Shown here in pieces: positions 37,726 through 45,635 of a stretch of 64,000 nucleotides of DNA; the first letter of the stretch is position 1, and every line of letters starts with the position of its first letter. The position numbers and the translations under genes are program-made. The notes beneath the pieces were generated by a model that was given only the letters and a program-made list of their open reading frames with translations, searched no databases and was not told where the DNA came from. Origin of the DNA: an uncultured candidate division Zixibacteria bacterium (lineage in GTDB: Bacteria; Zixibacteria; MSB-5A5; UBA10806); contig CAWFQL010000012.1 of NCBI GenBank assembly GCA_963817915.1, positions 384,001 to 448,000 on the forward strand. Direction: 5' to 3'.

Positions 37726-38490
37726 ATGCTCGCTATCTTGAAAGCCAGATTTATACAAAAATATAGGACCATGAGATATCCAAACGGTCCATTGCCCGAG
37801 CTATCAGATCGCTTTATTGGGAGACCGATAATTAAAAAAGATTGCGTTAAAGACTGCCATTCCTGTCAGGATATCTGCCCCACAAAGGCAATCAAAATAG
37901 TATCGGGAAAGCTGCAACTGGACATGGGGCGATGCCTTTTCTGCAGAAGATGCGAGAAGGCGTGCAAACAGAATGTTATCGAATTTTCGATCAATCACAG
38001 GCTGGCGGCGGCAAAACGCAGCGACCTTATTGTAGGTATCGATTCCCCCGACCGGGCAGAGGCCGTAAATAAAACCGCGGTTAAGTTTTTTGCCAATTCA
38101 CTAAAACTCCGCCAGGTTTCATGCGGCGGTTGCAACGCCTGCGAGGCCGATTCCAATGTTCTCTCGACCCCTGCCTGGGATATGGGACGGTTCGGGATTT
38201 CATTCGTTGCCTCGCCGAGGTACGCCGATAGTTTACTGATTACCGGGCCAGTCACCGAGAATATGAGAGAGGCGCTTCTAATGACCTACAACGCCTTGCC
38301 TGAACCTCGAGTTGTAATTGCGGTTGGTTCCTGCGCGGTCAATGGCGGGCCGTATATCGATCACAAATCTGTCTTGAATGGCCCCGATAAAATATTGCCT
38401 GTCGACCTGTATATTCCGGGATGCCCGCCGCATCCCTTGACAATTCTCGACGGTCTCCTGAGATTCATAGGAAAAACGCCCAAAGATTAA
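37726..38490 (+). CDS. EhrS/HyfI-like small subunit (NuoB-like) with N-terminal ferredoxin domain
   Basis: CVKDCHSCQDICP, CLFCRRCEKAC, CGGCNACE, AVGSCA, IPGCPPHP. Confidence 0.88.
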   Translation: MLAILKARFIQKYRTMRYPNGPLPELSDRFIGRPIIKKDCVKDCHSCQDICPTKAIKIVSGKLQLDMGRCLFCRRCEKACKQNVIEFSINHRLAAAKRSDLIVGIDSPDRAEAVNKTAVKFFANSLKLRQVSCGGCNACEADSNVLSTPAWDMGRFGISFVASPRYADSLLITGPVTENMREALLMTYNALPEPRVVIAVGSCAVNGGPYIDHKSVLNGPDKILPVDLYIPGCPPHPLTILDGLLRFIGKTPKD

Positions 38491-38593
38491 TCGGGCGGCG
38501 GAGTGCAGGAGTGACTAAACTTCTCGCGAATTCATATTCCGCAAAGGAGGAAATATCTTTAACGCAGAATCCCTTTCCGAATTCCACAAGCGG

Positions 38594-39037
38594 GTGCATG
38601 GCAATCTAACGAAATTGCTTGAGCACTGCAGTCAATTCAATGCAGAAGAGTTGAATCGAGAAATAGCTGGCTTTGGCTATCCGACCATTCGCCTGCAGCT
38701 GCATCATGAGATTGCCGGAGAAAAATACTGGATCGGCGTAATACAGGGACGGATGGATGTTGACGATGACGACCCGGATTATCCTACAATCGAATCATTG
38801 GAGGCATACTGCCAGCAGATATTTTCAGCGACCGAGAAATATCTGCATTCCGCCTCGCCGGATGAATTAAATTCCCCGCGCCGCATGATAACCTGGGGCA
38901 ACAAAGAACGCATATTGATACCGGCCCACATAATCATTCGAACACAGACTCATTACTACCATCATCAAGGCCAGATTGTCGCCATTTGCCGCCTGCTCGG
39001 CAAACCGCTCAATGGGAATGACTATCCGATAGAATAA
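38594..39037 (+). CDS. DinB family protein; true start may be upstream at 38555
   Basis: GYPTIRLQLHH...W and QTHYYHHQGQI motifs. Confidence 0.8.
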   Translation: MHGNLTKLLEHCSQFNAEELNREIAGFGYPTIRLQLHHEIAGEKYWIGVIQGRMDVDDDDPDYPTIESLEAYCQQIFSATEKYLHSASPDELNSPRRMITWGNKERILIPAHIIIRTQTHYYHHQGQIVAICRLLGKPLNGNDYPIE

Positions 39038-39088
39038 GAGACAAACATAGGTTCTGCTTTATATTAACGAGAATAAAGATTTAAGCTA

Positions 39089-41239
39089 TTATTTGTCCGA
39101 GTCGAGGCTGTCCGAATTACTTAATTTCATTCCGAAAGCGTTAAAAAGGAATGAATAAATATCGGTTTGTTCTTCGACAGTTTTCGATAATGGTTTTCCA
39201 GTGCCATGACCGGCTTCTGTCTCGACCCTTAGCAGTTTGGGTCTTTGGCCATCATCGATTGCTTGTAAGGCCGCAATGAATTTATAAGAGTGAAGAGGGG
39301 GGACGCGGTCATCGTTCTCTCCGGTCGTAACCAAAATGGGTGGGTACTTTTTCCATTTTTTTACATTGTGGATGGGTGAATAAGAATACAAATATTTAAA
39401 ACAGGAAAAGCCTTCATCAACACTTCCATATTCGCTTGTCCATTTACTTCCGACCGTAAATTTTTGATAACGAAGCATATCCGTAACCGGTACCTGGCAG
39501 ATTACAGCTCCGAAAAGGTCTGGGTGCTGTTCCATTGTAGCCGCAACTAATAAACCCCCATTACTGCCACCTTTTATCGCCAATTTCGATGGCGAAGTAA
39601 TTTTGCCTTTGATCAGCCATTTGGCTGCTTCCGTAAAATCGTCAAAGCAGTTCTGTTTGAATCTTCTCTTGCCGCCTTGATGCCAATTCGGTCCGAATTC
39701 ACCGCCGCCCCTTATATTTGCTACCGCGTATACGCCCCCACTCTGAAGCCACATTAAATTGGCTGCGGAAAATGAGGGCTCCATATTAACACCGAAGCCT
39801 CCGTAACCATAAAGCAAAGTGGGGTTATTTCCGTCGCATAGCAGGTCCCTATTGTAAGTAATAAACATGGGTACCGTTACGTGATCAGATTCATAGTAAA
39901 CCTGGCGAGTGACAAACTTTGAAAAATCAATATCATACTGAGGTCTATAAAATTGCTCAAATTTATCACTTTTGAAATCATAGCGGTATACTGTGGGGGG
40001 CACCACGAACGACTGGAATGTAAGAAACATCTCCGAATCTTCTTTCGCCCCCGAGAGAGCAGAAAAAGTGCCAATTGTCGGCAATTTTAATTCCCTGACA
40101 AATTTGCCGTCAATATCGAAAATCTTAATTATATTCTGAACGCTATATAGATATATCGCCACAAACTGATTATTGACCATGATGGCATATTCCAGGATAT
40201 CGTCACTTGGGGGAATGATTTCGCGCCATTCTTTCTTGGAAGGCTTATCCAAATCGATAGCCACGACTTTACCCGTGAGACTCTTGAGTCCCGTTTTGAA
40301 AAAGAACGTCTTTCCTTGATTGCCTATATAGTAATAGTTTACGTTTTCCTTTTTCATTAGCTGAACGAAATTGCCGCCTGATTCAAGGTCGCGATAAAAA
40401 ATATCTAGTTTACTGTCAGAGCCGCGATAAACATATATGAAGAAATATTTGCCATCATCGGAGATGAAAGGAACCGGAACTGATTCCTTATCTTTTGGTG
40501 TCTCAAAAATCAATGAATCCTGCGATTGAGGCGTGCCCAATTTATGCCAATAAATTCGGCTATAATTGTATTGATCGTTTTCCGCTACTGTTTCAGGATC
40601 AGGCCAACGATTGTAGAAAAAACCGCCGTCCGCCGGATCCCAGGCGATATCAACGAATTTGCACCATTTCAATATTTCGTCATAATTCTTGCCGGAATCA
40701 ATATCCCTGATATGAACTTCCTGCCTATCGCTGCCGCCATACGAGAGCGCGTAAGCGAGATATCTGCCATCGAGGCTAAATGCTGTATTGGTAATAGCAA
40801 CTGTTCCATCGGAGCTAAGTTGATTTGGGTCCAGGATAATAATTTGCTCGCTGTCGAGGGATTTTCGCATTCTCAGGATAGGTTGATTTTGAATGCCATC
40901 TCTGCCGAAGTAAAAATAGCGATCGCCATGTTTTAAAGGCATGGAATTATCTCTGAGGCTGCTATTATTGGTCAGAAAATTTCTGATATGCTCCCTTTGC
41001 GAAATTGTATCAAGATACGCATGTGTAAGGCTGTCCTGGGCATTGGCCCATGCTTTTGTTTCCGGGGATTCCGTTTCTTCCAGCCAACGATATGGATCCC
41101 TGACCTTCTCACCATTAAAATAATCGACAGCGTTCTCGGTTCTGGTTTTCGGATAGATGATATTTTGGGCAAAAATAATTGATGAACTCGCCAAGATTAT
41201 AAAGATGATTCCGAGGTTATTATTTTTGATTTTCATCAA
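39089..41239 (-). CDS. Prolyl oligopeptidase (S9A), secreted
   Basis: DPYRWLE, LLYGYGGF, ANIRGGGEFG, GGSNGGLL, DDRVPP, AGHG. Confidence 0.93.
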   Translation of the reverse strand: MMKIKNNNLGIIFIILASSSIIFAQNIIYPKTRTENAVDYFNGEKVRDPYRWLEETESPETKAWANAQDSLTHAYLDTISQREHIRNFLTNNSSLRDNSMPLKHGDRYFYFGRDGIQNQPILRMRKSLDSEQIIILDPNQLSSDGTVAITNTAFSLDGRYLAYALSYGGSDRQEVHIRDIDSGKNYDEILKWCKFVDIAWDPADGGFFYNRWPDPETVAENDQYNYSRIYWHKLGTPQSQDSLIFETPKDKESVPVPFISDDGKYFFIYVYRGSDSKLDIFYRDLESGGNFVQLMKKENVNYYYIGNQGKTFFFKTGLKSLTGKVVAIDLDKPSKKEWREIIPPSDDILEYAIMVNNQFVAIYLYSVQNIIKIFDIDGKFVRELKLPTIGTFSALSGAKEDSEMFLTFQSFVVPPTVYRYDFKSDKFEQFYRPQYDIDFSKFVTRQVYYESDHVTVPMFITYNRDLLCDGNNPTLLYGYGGFGVNMEPSFSAANLMWLQSGGVYAVANIRGGGEFGPNWHQGGKRRFKQNCFDDFTEAAKWLIKGKITSPSKLAIKGGSNGGLLVAATMEQHPDLFGAVICQVPVTDMLRYQKFTVGSKWTSEYGSVDEGFSCFKYLYSYSPIHNVKKWKKYPPILVTTGENDDRVPPLHSYKFIAALQAIDDGQRPKLLRVETEAGHGTGKPLSKTVEEQTDIYSFLFNAFGMKLSNSDSLDSDK

Positions 41240-41390
41240 GGTTATTTCGTTTCCTTAATTGTTGTCAAATTATAACAGCGTAATACTATGAATTATTATT
41301 AGAATCCGCCTCCATAGTCAAGCGTGAATTTGAAGGTTTTCTATTGGGGCTGAATAGCATCAAACGCCCTCAGCTTTAATTTCGTCAAAC

Positions 41391-41420
41391 AAAAAAGGGC
41401 CGGCACTTATGCCAGCCCTT
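41391..41420 (-). terminator. Rho-independent terminator of the RRM gene
   Basis: Minus-strand stem aagggctggca-taag-tgccggccctt followed by a T run. Confidence 0.7.
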
Positions 41421-41496
41421 AGCTTATCGGTCATCCGCCCTAGGGCGGAAGCATTCGATATTGCAGGTCGAAACCTTCACGGTTTCAACTTAGCCC

Positions 41497-41799
41497 TTAG
41501 TAGCGGGAACGTCCGCCGCCGCCGCCTCTACCGCCGCGATCGCCGCCGCCGCCTTCAGTGCGGGGCTTTGCGACGTTGACTGTCAATGCACGACCGTCGA
41601 GCTCTTTGCCATTAAGATTGGCAATAGCCGCTTCGGCCTCTGACTGATTGGGCATCTCGATGAATCCGAATCCCTTGGATTCTCCACTCATCTTGTCCTT
41701 AATGATGTTTGCTGACGAAACCTGTCCGTGGGCTTCAAATGCCGCACGAAGATCGTCTACTGCTGTCTGTCTTGAAAGATTTCCGACGAATAAATTCAT
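41497..41799 (-). CDS. RRM RNA-binding protein with Gly/Arg-rich tail
   Basis: RNP2 LFVGNL, RNP1 KGFGFIEM, RGG tail. Confidence 0.95.
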   Translation of the reverse strand: MNLFVGNLSRQTAVDDLRAAFEAHGQVSSANIIKDKMSGESKGFGFIEMPNQSEAEAAIANLNGKELDGRALTVNVAKPRTEGGGGDRGGRGGGGGRSRY

Positions 41800-41975
41800 C
41801 GTTTTCTCCTTTTTTCGTTCAACTTGCCGCTCACTTCGTTAGGAGCGATTTTTCCGGCAAAATTAAACACATTGGTGCGCGTCATTGCGCTTTGTGTCTC
41901 CCGATTAATTTCGTCCAAGGATTGAGTGTTAGGCAAGGCTTGAGAAAACTAATAACGGGGATCGTTACCGCAATA

Positions 41976-42004
41976 AGGATAGCGGCTCCATTTTCTAATG
42001 TCAA
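41976..42004 (-). promoter_or_regulatory. Sigma70 promoter of the RRM gene
   Basis: TTGACA-N17-TATCCT on the minus strand. Confidence 0.55.
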
Positions 42005-42157
42005 GGATTATTATTAAAAAAATCACAAATGCTGTTTTTGGCATTTAAACTTGCGTTATAGGCATTTGGGGCATTGTCTATGTTTGGATCCGGGATTCTT
42101 GATAAAATGGGCAGCCTGCAAAGCTGCCCTCGATTAATTACCATTAATTATTCGAAA

Positions 42158-42475
42158 TTATTCCACTCTGCTAACCTTGGGTTTGATATTCATATTCGGA
42201 GCTACAACCGACCGAATAGCAGGGCTATCGTTGAAGCCGGGATTCGGCGGAGCTAATTGACCCATAGGAGGGCAGCTTGGACAGGGAACTGGCAAATCCC
42301 CTCCCTTGAAGTAGTTTACCATATAGGTTATGTCCAAACCATTAAAGCTGCAACTTCCATTGACATCTCCCGGCGCGTAAAAAGGACGAAGCTGTCCTTC
42401 GCCAGAAACTTCATAGTAAATGCATGCCCCATTTATCTCCATAAATCCGTCAATATATTTCCCGCTATTTTTCAT
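42158..42475 (-). pseudogene. Chimeric remnant: alpha/beta-hydrolase N-terminus joined to a half dockerin-like C-terminus
   Basis: GFMEINGACIYYEVSGEG joined directly to PGDVNGSCSFNGLDITYMVNYFKGG. Confidence 0.55.
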
Positions 42476-42506
42476 ATAGGTAAGAATAAACCTTTATCGT
42501 CGTCGA

Positions 42507-43466
42507 CTATTTTCTATCTAATTTCCACAAGAAGGCGCGTATTGATTTTATATACTGTTCGGGTTCTTCTTGCATAGCCATATGCGAACTATTGTCAAAT
42601 ATCACAATTTTGGAGCCGGGCGTTAGCAGTTGGAAAGACCTCACGGTCGAGGGCACTGCCTGATCGTATCGGCCAGCCGTGATGAGTACCGGGATTTTAA
42701 TTTTTGATAATTCAGCCGTACGGTCATAATTTTTCAGAGAACCGGTCGCCCGGAATTCACTTGGACCCCACATCGTCGAATATACCTCGGTTCCCGTTTG
42801 CATGATTGAACTGTCAATGTCGACTGGTAGCGGATCAAGACGAGTAACATACCTTTTGTAGTATTCAATCATCAATTGACGGTATTCGCCTGTATTGGTA
42901 GTGCCTTCCAGTTCATGTTTTTTTAATGCGGATGTTATAGAGTCGGGAAGAGTCGCCAATAAGCTATCGGCGTCGTGGTGCCAAACTGGCGCGCTAATTA
43001 CGGGACTGGCGAGGATGACACCCTTTACGCCCTGAGGATTAGTCATAAGATAGTCAATGGCAAGCGACGCGCCCCAGGAGTGACCGAAGATATAAACCTC
43101 GCTTAATCCTAATGAATCTCGCACAGCCTGTAGCTCCGTGACAAATCGCGGAATATTCCACAAAGTGGTATCGGTTGGCCGTTCCGAATGGCCCGCTCCG
43201 AGCTGGTCATAGTAGATGACTGGTCGATCATCTGCTAACCGAGCTAACGGCTTCAAATAGTAGCTAGGGAATCCCGGCCCTCCATGAAGAACAAGTAACG
43301 GTGTCGCGGATTTATTGCCGACTATTCGATACCAAACGCGGCCCCCATCGACCTGAATGAAGCCCTCCCTGGTTAGAGCCTGCTGGCTGCAGCTTGATGT
43401 CAGAAGGGAAACTATGACTAGCGTGGTGATTATCAAAGCGGACGCGAAAATTTGTCTTTGTGTCAT
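42507..43466 (-). CDS. Proline iminopeptidase-family hydrolase (S33), putative lipoprotein
   Basis: LHGGPG, YDQLGAG.S, FGHSWG, GRYD, SSHM; lipobox-like LTSSC. Confidence 0.88.
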   Translation of the reverse strand: MTQRQIFASALIITTLVIVSLLTSSCSQQALTREGFIQVDGGRVWYRIVGNKSATPLLVLHGGPGFPSYYLKPLARLADDRPVIYYDQLGAGHSERPTDTTLWNIPRFVTELQAVRDSLGLSEVYIFGHSWGASLAIDYLMTNPQGVKGVILASPVISAPVWHHDADSLLATLPDSITSALKKHELEGTTNTGEYRQLMIEYYKRYVTRLDPLPVDIDSSIMQTGTEVYSTMWGPSEFRATGSLKNYDRTAELSKIKIPVLITAGRYDQAVPSTVRSFQLLTPGSKIVIFDNSSHMAMQEEPEQYIKSIRAFLWKLDRK

Positions 43467-43616
43467 TGTAAAATCCCTTCCTTTTATTTGTCATTGATCA
43501 AAAATGACAATATTAATTAGAGATATAGGAAGTGTTTACGGGGCTTGCAAGCCTAATATGTTTTGCCTGAGCTAATCGAACATTGCGAGGAATATAAGAA
43601 ATTTATGATGTTGGAA

Positions 43617-44285
43617 TTATCTCGCCGATGGGCAATCCGAGCAAGGCTCGGGCGCAGGGCCACCCTTGAAGTAATTGACTAAATATGTTACGTCGAGGCC
43701 GTTAAATGAGCATGAATTATTCACATCGCCCGCGACAAACCAGCTATTATCGGGAGTGCATTCACACATATAGGGAGGAGGATCGCCTCCCTTGAAGAAA
43801 TTGACAGAGTAGGTGGCGTCGAGACCATTCAACGTACCGCTATTATTTGCATCGCCTACAACATACCTGCAGCTTGCGAAATACGCGGTGTCGGATATTA
43901 CCGATATGGATGTATCACTGAGAACCGAAATCGCTCTAATTGAGAATACTGCCCAATCGCCCGGCGATGATAAAATAACCGAACTGTCGCAGCGGGCATC
44001 AGATGGGGAGACCCCCGTGAGCGAATCACTTACACTAATGATTATATATGACCAAATATACGATTGAACCGTATTTCCATAACCTGGAGGAGACCAGTAA
44101 ATTTTTAGATGCCCATCGCTATCATCATAGCGGGCAAATGCGTTTTCCATAAGGCATAAAAGAGAAATGGCCATGATGATGATCATAAACACTGGTTTCA
44201 GGATTCTGTAAAGTTTCGTATTCTGTTTTTGACTTATCACAACTGGCCAATCAAGAAGATTGTAATTTGCCCTAAGTTTCTGCAT
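43617..44285 (-). CDS. Secreted FN3-like domain plus dockerin-like double repeat
   Basis: Signal peptide (start may be internal); GHLKIYWSPPGYGN...WAVFSIRAIS; two GD.NNS...NGLD.TY.VN(F/Y)FKGG repeats. Confidence 0.75.
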   Translation of the reverse strand: MQKLRANYNLLDWPVVISQKQNTKLYRILKPVFMIIIMAISLLCLMENAFARYDDSDGHLKIYWSPPGYGNTVQSYIWSYIIISVSDSLTGVSPSDARCDSSVILSSPGDWAVFSIRAISVLSDTSISVISDTAYFASCRYVVGDANNSGTLNGLDATYSVNFFKGGDPPPYMCECTPDNSWFVAGDVNNSCSFNGLDVTYLVNYFKGGPAPEPCSDCPSAR

Positions 44286-44586
44286 TTACATTTGCCTTAA
44301 GGCGCTCTTAAGACAATATAAATAGCCAGAATCTACAGTCAATATCATTATGAATATCGGCAGTGACTGGGATTTTAAGAATATGTAAATAGTGCCAGGC
44401 AAGTTCGGGCTCCAAATCACTACGGACAATCGATTTAGATATTGGTGGATAAACGTCAAACATGCAAATCCGTGCGCATTTTATCTCGAATTCGCGAGTA
44501 AATGCCTGCTTTATCTCTTGCGTCTAAATTGAGTTTGATTATATTAGATATCGAATGTCGGCTTCTATTTATTTGAAAGGAGGCAA

Positions 44587-44964
44587 ATGAAATTAACGAT
44601 TGTATTAGCTTTGTTGGTAGTCATTATTGGGCTCACACCGCTAGTAGCGTTGGCACAATTTAATGATCATGACGGACATTTGGTTGTTAGCTGGCAGCCA
44701 CCCGCCTATGGCAACCCACTCGACCATTACATTTGGTCATATACAATTAACGGTGTAGTCGATTCAGTTACCGGGACTTCTGCCGGCGTTGACACGCTAA
44801 ATAACTCCGTAACCTTGACTGCGATAGGCGATTGGGCGGTTTTTCATATTCGTGCAGTTTCTACGGTCAATGATACTTCAACCGTAGCTTATTCTGATAC
44901 CGCCTTCTATAATACGGGAGAAGGAATAGGCCCTCCGAGGGGGGTGACCTGGCAGGGCCCGTAG
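44587..44964 (+). CDS. Small secreted FN3-like protein, paralog of 43617-44285
   Basis: AAGGAGG RBS, signal peptide ending ALA-Q, GHLVVSWQPPAYGN...WAVFHIRAVS, C-terminus GIGPPRGVTWQGP. Confidence 0.8.
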   Translation: MKLTIVLALLVVIIGLTPLVALAQFNDHDGHLVVSWQPPAYGNPLDHYIWSYTINGVVDSVTGTSAGVDTLNNSVTLTAIGDWAVFHIRAVSTVNDTSTVAYSDTAFYNTGEGIGPPRGVTWQGP

Positions 44965-45221
44965 CCTTTGAGCTGCAGGCTCACCCCAATCCTACCAATA
45001 AATCGGGCCTTGTTTTAAGTTGGCAGGTTGAAAAAGAAAGTATCTATGATATCACGATTTATGATATTTTGGGCCGAAAAATTAAGACACTTCTCAAGCA
45101 GACAATGCCATCGGGTTTCTACAGTCAGCGGGCCGGCGAGGGTCTCGCGGCAGGCATCTATTTCGCTGTTATTTCTCGTCCTGACAATCACAGGGTTGTC
45201 AAGTTCACAGTCATTCGCTGA
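44913..45221 (+). other. Start-less T9SS/FlgD-like C-terminal domain encoded in the -1 frame of the 44587 gene
   Basis: Frame-3 translation: ...GGDLAGPVAFELQAHPNPTNKSGLVLSWQVEKESIYDITIYDILGRKIKTLLKQTMPSGFYSQRAGEGLAAGIYFAVISRPDNHRVVKFTVIR*. Confidence 0.75.
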
Positions 45222-45624
45222 TGATGGCATAGCGTTCCCCGATACAGCAAGGGTATCATTTACGAGAACAATCGCAAACGATACTGTCATCATAACATTC
45301 AATAATTTATCCTCCGATTCGGTGAGGAATTTCTTTTTGTCCGATTTTACTGACTCGCAAGTTGTCGAGATTGAATGTCTGGTGGATAATGCTCCATGCG
45401 GTAATCTTGTTGTTGAACGGGAGTTTAATAGTGTTTATGCTGGAAAATTTTCGACCCGCTGGACTATGGGGGGCTTCCTTCATACTGCTTATTTGAAATT
45501 TTTCTCTGAAAGTTATTCGAGTAATGAACTCAGTTGGAGCGCCGGCCATCCTTATGCTATTTTTGGAACGATGTCGACCAATATCGGCATAGGCCCTCCC
45601 CGCGATTTACACTGGGAACAATAG
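45046..45624 (+). CDS. Hypothetical secreted beta-rich protein; start uncertain (45028/45046/45061)
   Basis: Signal-like SISLLFLVLTITGLSSSQSFA-DD; C-terminus GIGPPRDLHWEQ resembles that of 44587-44964. Confidence 0.6.
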   Translation: MISRFMIFWAEKLRHFSSRQCHRVSTVSGPARVSRQASISLLFLVLTITGLSSSQSFADDGIAFPDTARVSFTRTIANDTVIITFNNLSSDSVRNFFLSDFTDSQVVEIECLVDNAPCGNLVVEREFNSVYAGKFSTRWTMGGFLHTAYLKFFSESYSSNELSWSAGHPYAIFGTMSTNIGIGPPRDLHWEQ

Positions 45625-45635
45625 AGGAAATGGTA

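Noticed and set aside
45534..45635. N-terminal extension of the Tat protein, or a -1 fusion from the 45046 gene
   Set aside because: A good RBS and Tat motif support the start at 45636, and a fusion would bury the Tat signal.
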